Source: Octopus sinensis (lineage: Eukaryota). Taken from it: a stretch of 64,000 bases of DNA. Positions 27,755-37,845 of this stretch are shown here, one piece after another (within the stretch, counting starts at the first letter, position 1; every line of letters begins with the position of its first letter). A program made the translations under genes and the position numbers. Location of the stretch: contig NC_043013.1 of the NCBI RefSeq assembly GCF_006345805.1, positions 58,032,001 through 58,096,000 of the forward strand. Reading direction: 5' to 3'. Under the pieces are notes generated by a model. That model saw only the letters and a program-made list of their open reading frames with translations. It was not told the origin of the DNA and ran no database searches.

Positions 27755-29365
27755 ATGATGATGGGGCTGCCATCATCCACTCTTCCAATTGTCCTACTGA
27801 ACTGATAAACTCATGCCTCGCTTACATCGTCTTTTAAGTAGCAGAACCCCTGCTCAACTACATGCAGATGAAATGTACAACGTAGGGGCAAAAGTTTTTG
27901 GCCATAAAAGCTCACCAATCTCTTTCAGACCATGAGAGAGCTAGAAATTAATCATCAGGCGCCTAAGGACGGCTTCAGTATCCAAATCTGCGAGAAAAAG
28001 ACCCAGACAGTCCCGTGACAATCACCGAGGAACTTTTCATGGTAGACGGGCACCTACCAGGGACATGTGGCTTCATACAGTGCGGTGGAACTGTTGGCAC
28101 AATCTTTGCTTGGTGTCAACTTTAGGAGAAGTGCCAGGAATAGAACAGGGACCAGTTTACAACGTTTGTAGACCTTACCAAGGCTTCTGACACCATCAGT
28201 GGTGAGGGGCTTTGAAAGATCATGGTTGCATTTCGTTGCCCGGACAAATTCATTAACATGGTGTACGTTTCCTCGACTGCATTCTCGCACGAGTAGTGGA
28301 CAACGAGGATTCTCCTGACCCATTCTTAAATACTAAGAGTCCACAATTATGCCGGATAACTTCTGTAACAGCAACGAAAGCAAAATCAATATCAGATTCA
28401 CGACTGATTGCAGACTCTTCAACCAGCAGGGGATAGAAACCAAGACCAATGTGGAAGAGGACTCAGTGAGCGAGTTCCTGTTTGCAGACGAGTGCGCACT
28501 CAGTGTCGCCATAGATGTCGAGATATAGCAGACCATGAACTGCTTTTCCATTGCTTGCACCCTATTCGGCCTCACAATCAGTAAAGAGAAGAGAGAGATC
28601 ATATACTAACCTGCCGCACAAAAGCTGTATATGGAACCAGCTATCACAGTCAAGTAGGAAACCCTGGGGGCTGTTGATAAGTTCACGTTCCTCGGTAGTA
28701 CACTTTTCAGATCTGTGAACATTGAAGATGAAGTCGACACAGTCATCTCTAAGGAAATTTCAGCATTAGGGCAACTACGTTGATCAGTGTGGGAGAGGAA
28801 TGGTATTAGGCTAGCCACCAAGCTGAAGGTGTACCAAGCAGCTGTACCTCTTATCTATTGTACACCTGTGACACATGGACACTTCATGAACGCCACGCCA
28901 ACTGCCGAAGAAAACTGTTGAAAAACACCTGGCCAGACAAAGCCCTAGACACGAAGGCTCCCTCAATAAATCATCTGTCAAGCATTTACACACTGTTGAG
29001 GAGAGCTCAAATCAGGTGAGTGGGCCAGCTTGTTCTAATGCCCGAGACACGCCTCGCCAACAGTAAACTGGTAGAAGGCAAGCGAACAAAATGTGGACAG
29101 AAAAATCTCTTCAAGAATCTACTCAAAGCCTCTTTGAAGATGTTTCAGATAAAGTCTAATGCCTGCAAGTCTACTCTACCTGGTGAAGTACCACCTCATA
29201 TGAATATGAACAGAAGAGAATCTAGGGAGACCAAAAATTGTGAACTGCGCAAGTGCTGTGACAGATCCTCGCCTTCAGTCCCGCAGACCGCTAGTGTTCC
29301 ACCGGCAGCAAAGCCTTCCACGTATGCATCGGGATTATCAGCCACAGCTGGACCCATCATTACTC
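27755..29365 (+). mobile_element. RTE (BovB-like) LINE remnant, highly decayed
   Basis: Frameshifted motifs: LQEKCQE.NRD.FTTFVDLTKA.DT.S.EGL.KIM..F.CPDKF; EFLFADECAL; KFTFLGSTL; MPETRL...GKRTKCGQK; C-terminal GKAFHVCIGIISH. Confidence 0.8.
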
Positions 29366-29961
29366 TGCCGTTGCATTTCACTGGCGCAGTAAAAAATATT
29401 TACACAAATTGTAAATTGAAGATTATTAGTTTGATGCTGATATTTAATAAATTAAGTTCTCCTAACTATATTCATAGTAATGTGTCTCTGTAGGCAACCG
29501 GGAAAATTACATATATATTCAATTTTCATGATTAAGCCATAAAAAGAATAGACTCCATGCCTGCTTCACGGTTGTCTGGATAGCAGAAGAGGAAATAAAC
29601 ATAAGTTTCTCGAACTTATAAACCATATTATCCAAGCATATGTGTCATGGGAGACAATATTTTAGATAGACTTAGTTTTACCTCTTGACTTATGACCTGG
29701 AATAAATAGAAATAAATGACTAATGAACCGATGTCAAACTCCGACATTTGGTGTAAGACATGCTTCAATAATTATATCAGAATTTGAAGACAGATATTTG
29801 TAAAAATATGATTCTTAAAAGAAAAGTAATTCTGTATAGTCGTGAATGTCTCTTAGCCCAGTATTTGCTGGAGCTGAAGGTTCGTTGGATAATATAGACA
29901 GGGGTCCAATACCTAGTCATAAAACACGGAAATACCACAACTGGCATAAATTGGTTGGTTA

Positions 29962-29962
29962 A

Positions 29963-30018
<56 letters not shown>
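29962..30018. repeat. (TAC)n microsatellite; one of many simple repeats ((TA)n, (CA)n, (GA)n, (TAA)n, (CAT)n, (ACAT)n) across the window
   Basis: Directly visible. Confidence 0.95.
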
Positions 30019-30240
30019 CATAGCAACTACATTAACAGCAATGATAACAACAGCAACAGTTGAGCAATAAGGAATCTGTCCTACGGCTCGTGAGTCTCAT
30101 AAACACGGCAACCAAGTTTCTTACAAACCACAGCAAAACCACCATCAATATAACATGCACCGTATCTTGAAATGGACCATATTAAAAAAAATACACAGCA
30201 CCGATCAATGGAAGAATGTGGTTGTGAGTCATGTTATGTA

Positions 30241-31186
30241 TCTTTATATGTATAAAACTGAGCATGTGTGTCTATCTGTCTGTCTGTCAGTGTGTTTCTC
30301 TAAAACCTGAGAACTGCACAACCAATTTCATTCAAATTTTACACATGCCTTACTTAGGGTCCATGTAGTTTCATGGGCAAAAAAAATGTTCAACTTCTTG
30401 CCTAGAGCGAGCCCATAGCAATAACATATCTTCTCCACTATTTCAGTATTACGTGTTAAAAGTGAAACAAAAACATTTCTCTATTTTATGTCAGATACTT
30501 TCACTTTAACAATAAAAATAATAATAACAATTGAATTATATGTAATAAGTAATAATCAAAATCAAACTAAAGTATAATATAATCGTAACATAAAAAAAGT
30601 AAAATTAGCGTGCAGAAATGGAATAGTCCAGATGGATGATAAAAAATTAAATTAAAGAAAAGACTATTGTCTATAAAGTATACAATGTAGAGAAAAAAGA
30701 TTTGAACACATGGAGGAAAGCACCTTCGAAAAGTGTCTTGGTGCGACTATGAAAGGTATCTAATCAGAGGCGGTAAATTCGCCACAATAGAAGCAAGGTT
30801 CGAGTCAACGGAGCGTGCAAGGGAGTACTCGACTCGAACTTGCAAAGTGGAAATATTGCATTTTTACCTTTATATCTGGGACGTGGGACGTCCCGGAAAC
30901 CCCCCCCCCCGAAGTAGAGGTAGGCTGGATTGTAGCCACACTTTTCTACAAGAGGGAGGACAAGATACAATTGATCGAAATTACAAGAGACGGGCTAGTA
31001 ATTCCAGTCTGTTACATATTTTGAGTATTGTTATCACTAACGATATCAAGATATAACTTTGTATTTTGTATTTTATGTATAGATGTATATATATAGATGT
31101 ACATGTAATATGTACACATATATATATACACACATATATACATGCACTAGCACTATAACACGGCAACGACGGGTCTTTAATGCTAG
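30241..31186 (+). mobile_element. Non-autonomous Helitron-like element
   Basis: 5' a|TCtttatatgtataaaactg and 3' hairpin cacggcaacgacggg followed by ...gCTAG|t, giving an A/T insertion context. The termini parallel those of 61128-61640. Confidence 0.6.
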
Positions 31187-33950
31187 TTTACTATAATATT
31201 TAGCCAAATCTCTCCCAACGGACATATAAGAAGACAAAATCTGGAAAAAGCAAGGATGTTCATGATTGGAATATCTTTTGAACATAGGAAAGCTCCATCT
31301 AGATTCTAGTTGAACTGTTTCCCAAACAACAACACCAGAAACAACCTACAAGAAATCAAACAAAATGTTACAGAATCCTCTTACTAGAGTAAGTCTGTAA
31401 AGGCTGCGAGTTTTGCCCTATTCCTGAAGCCAAATGCTAAACACAAAGAGAAATATAGTAAACATGTGTTCGAAGGACATTTCTAATCAATAACATATTC
31501 TTATATTGATTTTTGTTTTGTCAAGTTGCTATTTTCAACATAAATTACAATTCTCACTGTTTTGTTGAAGTGGGGAAGCTTTATGGTTGAATGGTCTTAC
31601 TGATTGGTTGAATGACTGGATACAGAAAATTGGTTTCTTTCCAAAGTGTCTCCTTTTAAATTATCACACAAACTGAATTAGAAGATTTCGGAGACGTTTA
31701 GTAGATGACTCAAAGAGAGAGAGAGAGAGTGGATGATGATACGGTACTCTAATAACATAACAGTTGTTAGGTTGTAGAAGGAGGACGAAATTTGCAGACT
31801 TTTAATACTTGCACTCGCACTCACACACCCACACATAAATGTGTATATTTACATTTGTGAGTATGTATTTGTATAATTATATAAGGACGTATATATATAT
31901 ATATATATATATATTGGCTCTTCGTTCCCTCCAACGGCGCGCCGACATTATCATCAAACCGGCTGACAAGGGTGGAGCTGTAGTGGTGTGGCGCGCGGAC
32001 CTCTATAGGGCCGAGGCTTTCCGCCAACTCAATGACACCTCCTTCTACTCCCCTCTGCCCTCTAACCCCACACGTAGCTACCAAAAGACGGTATCCTCTA
32101 CTGTCCGCGACCTCATCTCGTCCTCCCGTCTCCCCCACACCGCATCCAACCTAATTGTGCGAACCCCACGTACCCCCACCATTTACTTCCTCCCCAAAAT
32201 CCACAAACCCAATAACCCTGGCCGCCCCATCGTCTCCGCCTGTAACTGCCCCACGGAGCTCATCTCTAAATACCTCGACCGTGTCCTTGCCCCCCAAGTG
32301 GCATCTCTTCCCTCCCACATCCACGATACCAACCATGCTCTCCGGCTTTTCAACTCTTTCTCCTTTCCTCCCGGCTCCTCCAAAATCCTTTTTTACTATG
32401 GACATCCAAAGCCTCTATACTGTTATCCCTCACCACGAAGGACTGCAGGCCCTTCGACACTTTCTTGACCTCCGCTCCAACCCTGTACCTGACACCTCCA
32501 CACTCATTCGTCTGGCCGAACTTGTCCTTACTCTGAACTGCTTCTCGTTCGCGGGCGAGTTCTACCATCAGGTCTCGGGAGTGGCCATGGGAACGCGAAT
32601 GGGCCCCAACTATGCGAACCTGTTCGTTGGCTATGTTGAGGCCCAAATATTCTCTAATTTCACTGGTCCCACTCCTGAACTATATGGTCGTTACATTGAC
32701 GACATTATCGGTGCCACCTCACTCTCCCGTGAACATCTAGATTCCTTCCTCTCTTTCGTCCAATCTTTCCACCCAGCCCTCCACTTCACTTCCACTATCT
32801 CCAACACCTCTGTCTCCTTCCTCGACATTTCGGTTAGCATTCTTCACTCCACTCTTACCACCTCCATTCACTACAAACACACAGACTCACACTCATACCT
32901 CAACTTCTCTTCCTCCCACCCAGAACACACCAAGCTTTCCATCCCATATTCCCAATTCCTCCCTCTACGTAGGCTCTGTAGTGACGACCATGACTTTGAG
33001 ACTCAGTCTCAACGTCACCACTTCACCCTACGTGGATACCCCCTCACCACTATCCACACCACCCTTGCCAGAGCACGGTCCGTGGACCGTGTATCTGCAC
33101 TCTCTCCCCGGACCCGCCCTGTAGTCTCCCGCCTCCCTTTTCCCCTCACTTACTACCCCACGACCCTACGTCTCCTTTGGTCCATAGCTCCTTCCCTGAC
33201 CCTACCTCCCAACCCGGCTCGTTCCCCTGCTCCCGCCCACGTTGCCGCACTTGCCCTTACCTCTCCAACACCACCCTCCTCACTAGGACCCACCATCGAC
33301 CCTATCCCATCATCCACTCCTTCACCTGCACCTCCAGCAATATTATCTATTGCGTCTCTTGCTCTCTCTGCCATTCCTTGTACATCGGACAAACGGGACG
33401 CCGCTTGGCTGACCGATTCGCTGAACACCTTCGTGACATCCACCTTGCGAACGACACACCGGTCTCACGCCATTTCCGCTCCACCGGTCACTCCTTGCAA
33501 CACCTATCTGTGTTCGGTTTGTCCTTACACAGAGGCCATCCGGATTCCCGTTTGCGCCGTGAACAGGAATTAATCTTCTCTCTTCGCTCTTATACGCCAT
33601 TTGGTCTCAACTCTCCCCTCCTCCTCATCTAACCCCCCTCTCCCCCCTCCTCACCTATCTCCCCCCCGACCCCTACTTCTTCAGTCCTTCATCCTTTCAC
33701 CCCTACTCCCCTTCCCTTCTTCCCTCTTTCTCCCTCCCTTCTTCCCTCTTCCCCTTCCCTCTGCTCCCTCACTCCCCTTCTCTCTCCCCCTCTCCCTCTT
33801 TCCTCCTTCCCCCTCCCCTCCTCCTCCCCTTCTTTCTCCCCCTCCCCTCTCCCCCCATTCTCCTCTTCCCCCTCTCCTCCCCCTCTCCCTCTTCTCCTCT
33901 CTCCACACTACACTACACGACTTTACACATCACATCATATATGATGTGCC

Positions 33951-34232
33951 ATACTAATACATACACCAACCCTATACATACACACGTCCAGACCTCTCAT
34001 ACGCACTTATATTCTCTCATACACACACACACACTTATACATACTAATACGTACTAATACATACTAATACATACTAATACATACACCAACCCTATGCATA
34101 CGCACGTCCAGACCTCTCATACGCACTAATACTCTCTCATACACACACACACACACACTCTATACATACTAATACATACTAATAATACACCAACCCTATA
34201 CATACACACGTCCAGACCTCTCATACGCACTA
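33951..34232 (+). repeat. Three imperfect ~105-120 nt tandem units plus (atactaatac)n inside the PLE 3' UTR
   Basis: atacaccaaccctat.catac.cacgtccagacctctcatacgcact recurs at 33961, 34081 and ~34185. Confidence 0.85.
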
Positions 34233-34403
34233 ATAGCTGGTCATTCAACCCTATTATCAACCCTATTATCTCCCCTTATTTCGCTGTCGCGTCTCATGTT
34301 TGATCTTTGACCTCTGGCCGAAATCAGATCGCCATGTTGATTCGTTAGTTACTGCACGCATTTTTTTCTCTCCTTCTTTCTGTGTTTTTTTTCTCTCTGT
34401 GTA

Positions 34404-34441
34404 TCTTTCTGTTGAAGAGCGTAGGCTCGAAACGTTAAAGA
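34404..34441 (+). ncRNA. Minimal type I hammerhead-like motif, non-canonical core (U at position 6, extra A after A9)
   Basis: ucuuu-CUGUUGA-A-GAGC-GUAG-GCUC-GAAAC-GUU-aaaga. Stem I is 5 bp, stem II is 4 bp, and stem III is palindromic (ACGU), which would need a dimer. Confidence 0.6.
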
Positions 34442-34682
34442 CTTGTTTTATTTATATTTCCTGAGCGCCATACTAATACAATTGTTTGTTTGTTTTCCAC
34501 CTGCCTTCGTCTTTTGTCTATTTTCATAAAGCTTCCCGTTATATATATGTATATATGTATATATTTTTGTACAAATATATAGGAATGGATGTATTCATAT
34601 TTGTGTGTGTATGCATATATATATATATATATATAATATATATATATATTATATATATATATATATATATAGACATTATATA

Positions 34683-34723
<41 letters not shown>

Positions 34724-35342
34724 AGACAAAATATAAGGGTGATCTAAACGAATAGGTATGCTGGGTAAGCGGTGTAACGGATTGCCAGGGTCCCAATCTC
34801 GTAACCGAGACAGGAGCAATAGAACTATGGAACTATTGTAGAGTTCCGATACAGCGGATATTAATTCGCTAAAAAGGAAAATAATTGGTGATAGTGTTAG
34901 TATCATTGTTTGTATTATTAGTTGTAGTACAGTCATAGTGGTGTTAGTGTTATTATTACAAGTATTATTATTAGTATTACCATGCTTCCAACTGTGCGAC
35001 CAGCTCCCTCCGAGACAGGGGTTATATTTTCCGATAAAAACACTACCATCAGTGAAAATAATAATATAGCTAAGACTACCGCCGCAGCTGATACTACAAA
35101 TAGTTATACCATTATCAACACTAACTCTAACACCCCTACTACTTTTAATGGTAATGATAATTATAACAGATGGCGATATTTATAATATCACAGTAACGGT
35201 GTCGGTAACGATAATAGCAATAGAAGCAATGATAACCTCAATACCATGATCTAATCATCTAATACTCCACTCTAGCCTTTAACTTATCGGATAATAATAC
35301 CTCTTCATCCCTCCCACCTAGTACCATCTTAGAACAGACAAC

Positions 35343-35535
35343 TGTAACTGCAGGTCCGGGGCCGCCTACCCGCTGCAAGCCCATTGCCGAAGAGTCAACG
35401 TAGTATGCATTTTCCATAACATTATATAACTCAGATAGCTACTATATAGAGTCCACAGCTAATTTTAAACAGAGATACTCTGCGCATCTGCACTCTTTTA
35501 GATATAAGGAGCATAACAATTCTACATCCCTAGCC
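35343..35535 (+). pseudogene. Naiad-like PLE zinc-finger/GIY-YIG endonuclease fragment
   Basis: CNCRSGAAYPLQAHCRRVNVV, then a frameshift, then YYIESTANFKQRYSAHLHSFRYKEHNNSTSLASY. An Asn/Thr-rich linker lies upstream, as in the 23285-25045 element. Confidence 0.6.
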
Positions 35536-35610
35536 AGTTACCATTCCGAGCGTCAAACTAATACACCTGGTTATTGTTTATACACCTGTCTTCGCCATTT
35601 GTTTTTCTGT

Positions 35611-35955
35611 GTGGTAAGTAGCTTGCTTACCAACCACATTGCGCCGAGTTCAGTCCCACTGCGTGGCACCTTGGGCAAGTGTCTTCTACCATAGCCTCGG
35701 GCCGACCAGAGACTTGTGAGTGGATTTGGTAGACAGAAACTGAAAAGAAGCCCGTCGTATATATGTATATATATATATACGAATGTGTGTGCATATGTTT
35801 GTGTGTCTGTGTTTATCCCCCCAACATCGCTTGAGAAACGATGCTGGTGAGTTTACATCCTCGTAACTTAGCGGTTCGGTAGTGATCGACTAAAGGCGGT
35901 GCTCCAGCATTGCGACAGCCAAATGACTGAAACAAGTAAAAGAGCAAAAACAGAG
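35611..35955 (+). mobile_element. tRNA-derived SINE (abundant Octopus-type family)
   Basis: gtggtaagtagcttgcttaccaaccac...gagttcagtcccactgcgtggcaccttgggcaagtg; an internal TA/TG tract; tail gactgaaacaagtaaaagag. Homologous to 45382-45761. Confidence 0.8.
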
Positions 35956-36019
35956 TATATAAATATTTATGTATATATGTATGTATATATATATATATAT
36001 ATTTTACATATATATATAT

Positions 36020-36720
36020 ACATATAGGGAGAGTTTACGAAAAAAACAAAAGACGAAGACAGGTGGTGTACAAAACAAACAGATGTATTATTATAACGCT
36101 CAGGAATAGAAAAAAGTCTTTTACGTTTCGAGCCTACGCTCTTCTACAGAAAGGGACACAGAAAAAACAAGGAGAGAAAAAATGTGTGTTGTGGCTAACG
36201 ATTTATCATGGCGACTAGTGCCGGACAGAAGGGTCAAACACGAGGAGGAAAGTAGGGCAGATAACAAGGTAAAGATGCCCCCCCCCCCAACACAAAGGTG
36301 CGTGTGTGTATGTAGTGCGTGTGAAAGAGGGCTGGTGGTCTGGACGTGCGCGTGTATGTATGCGTAGGTGTGAAGATGTGGAGATGGGTGTGTGGGTGGT
36401 GCGTTGTGATGTGATGTGTAACGTTGTATGGTGTAGTGTGGTGTGGTGTGATGTTGTTGGGAGGTGGGGGAGGCGAGAGTGGGGAAAGCACGGGTCGGGT
36501 GTGAGTTCGGCTGGGCGTTGGGGTTTGTGGGTAGTCAGAGGGTGGGGGTTGAGGTGGGGTATGTGGGGGTGGGATGGGGCGACGGGAAGGATAGGGAAGG
36601 TGGAGTAAGGATGTGTAGGGGTGGGTGGGTTTATAGGGAGAGGGGGAGGTGGGTATGTGAGGAAGGAGAGGAGGAGAGAAGAAAGAGAGGATGAAAGAGT
36701 AGGAGAGAAAAGAGGGAGTA
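36020..36720 (-). mobile_element. 3' UTR/pLTR of a related Neptune-like PLE, without ORF
   Basis: The reverse complement of 36020-36240 is similar (roughly 80% by eye) to 34320-34545. It includes cacgtccagacc and a pyrimidine-rich tract on its sense strand. Confidence 0.75.
36117..36153 (-). ncRNA. Minimal type I hammerhead-like motif, same non-canonical variant
   Basis: The - strand reads cuuu-CUGUAGA-A-GAGC-GUAG-GCUC-GAAAC-GUA-aaag. Confidence 0.6.
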
Positions 36721-36814
36721 AATGTATATATATATATATTTGTCTATATATATATATATTTGTATGTGTATATATATATATTTCTCCTTGTATATGTGTA
36801 TATATATATATATA

Positions 36815-36852
<38 letters not shown>

Positions 36853-37409
36853 ATTTATATATATATACATTAGCCCGCTGAACTTTTTAGACCCTCTTTT
36901 AAACTCTCTGATCGTAATTTTATCAAACCGACCACTACAGAACATTGAAGAGATGGAAATGACATGTGGGCTATTGGGATCTCTTGGCAGAAACGGCTGT
37001 AAGAAGCTATTCTTTTTCTATGTATCAGTAATCTTTACATATGCATATATATTCTCATAATTGTTTAAAATAAAAAGATAGATATAATGTATAACAGTTG
37101 ATGTATCCTATTCTGTATCCCATTCATGTTCCTCTTCCCGTAGATATATATATATATATAATTATGTGTATAAGTAAATGTACTAACACGTGTTTGTGTG
37201 TATGTACGTGTATGTATATATGTGTCTTAGCACGAAAACAAAAAAAAATTTCGTCTCAGTATTATCTCCCTTTCAACTTCTACTTCCTTTTCTTCCTCTT
37301 AATAGTTACTACAGCGAAAACTGACTACGCTATTTTCTATAAACTAGAATGTATACTTTCTGCGTTCATATATGAATTATTAGCGTTTCAATAATTTTTC
37401 TGATTTTCT

Positions 37410-37712
37410 TTATTCCTTCTCAATCCAAGCCTGGCTCATAAGGGCCGGTTTCCAGGTTTCCTTGGCGTATAGGTGCCCCCATCCCTGGACGGGACGGCGG
37501 TCCGTCGCAGGTGAGCTGCAAGATGCAGGAGGAAAGAATGAGAGAAAGTTGTGGCGAAAGAGTCGGCAGAAGTTAGCCATTACCTTCTGCCGGAGCCACG
37601 TGTTGCTTAGGTGTTTCGCTCATAAACACACACATCGCCCGGTCTGAGATTCGAACCCGCGATTCCTCGACCGCGAGTCCGCTGCTTTAACCTCTAGGCC
37701 ATGTGCCTTCAC
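37410..37712 (-). mobile_element. tRNA(Arg)-like SINE, near complete
   Basis: The - strand head gtgaaggcacatggcctagaggttaaagcagcggactcgcggtcgaggaatcgcgggttcgaatctcagacc has an A box, a B box (GGTTCGAATC) and a TCG anticodon-like loop. It continues into a non-tRNA body. Confidence 0.8.
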
Positions 37713-37742
37713 TTTTCTTGAGTGTGTGTGTTTGTGTGCATA

Positions 37743-37845
<103 letters not shown>

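Larger units (their letters stand above)
31915..34545 (+). mobile_element. Neptune-like Penelope-like element, 5'-truncated and relatively young, with 3' UTR/pLTR
   Basis: RT: IIKPADKGGAVVV, YFLPKIHK, GRPIVS, MDIQSLYTVIP, GVAMGTRMGPNYANLFVG, RYIDD, FLDI, YKHTDSH. Endonuclease: CSRPRCRTC, NIIYCVSC..LYIGQTGRRLADRFAEH. Two frameshifts (~32395, ~33175). (TA)n on both flanks. Confidence 0.95.

Noticed and set aside
33951-34232. Repeat-spacer-like periodicity suggesting CRISPR
   Set aside because: The whole unit is duplicated with no unique spacers, the context is a eukaryotic retroelement UTR, and there are no cas genes.
37640-37712. tRNA-Arg-like gene
   Set aside because: There is no proper acceptor stem or terminator, and it continues into a ~230-nt repeat body. 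Called as a SINE head instead.
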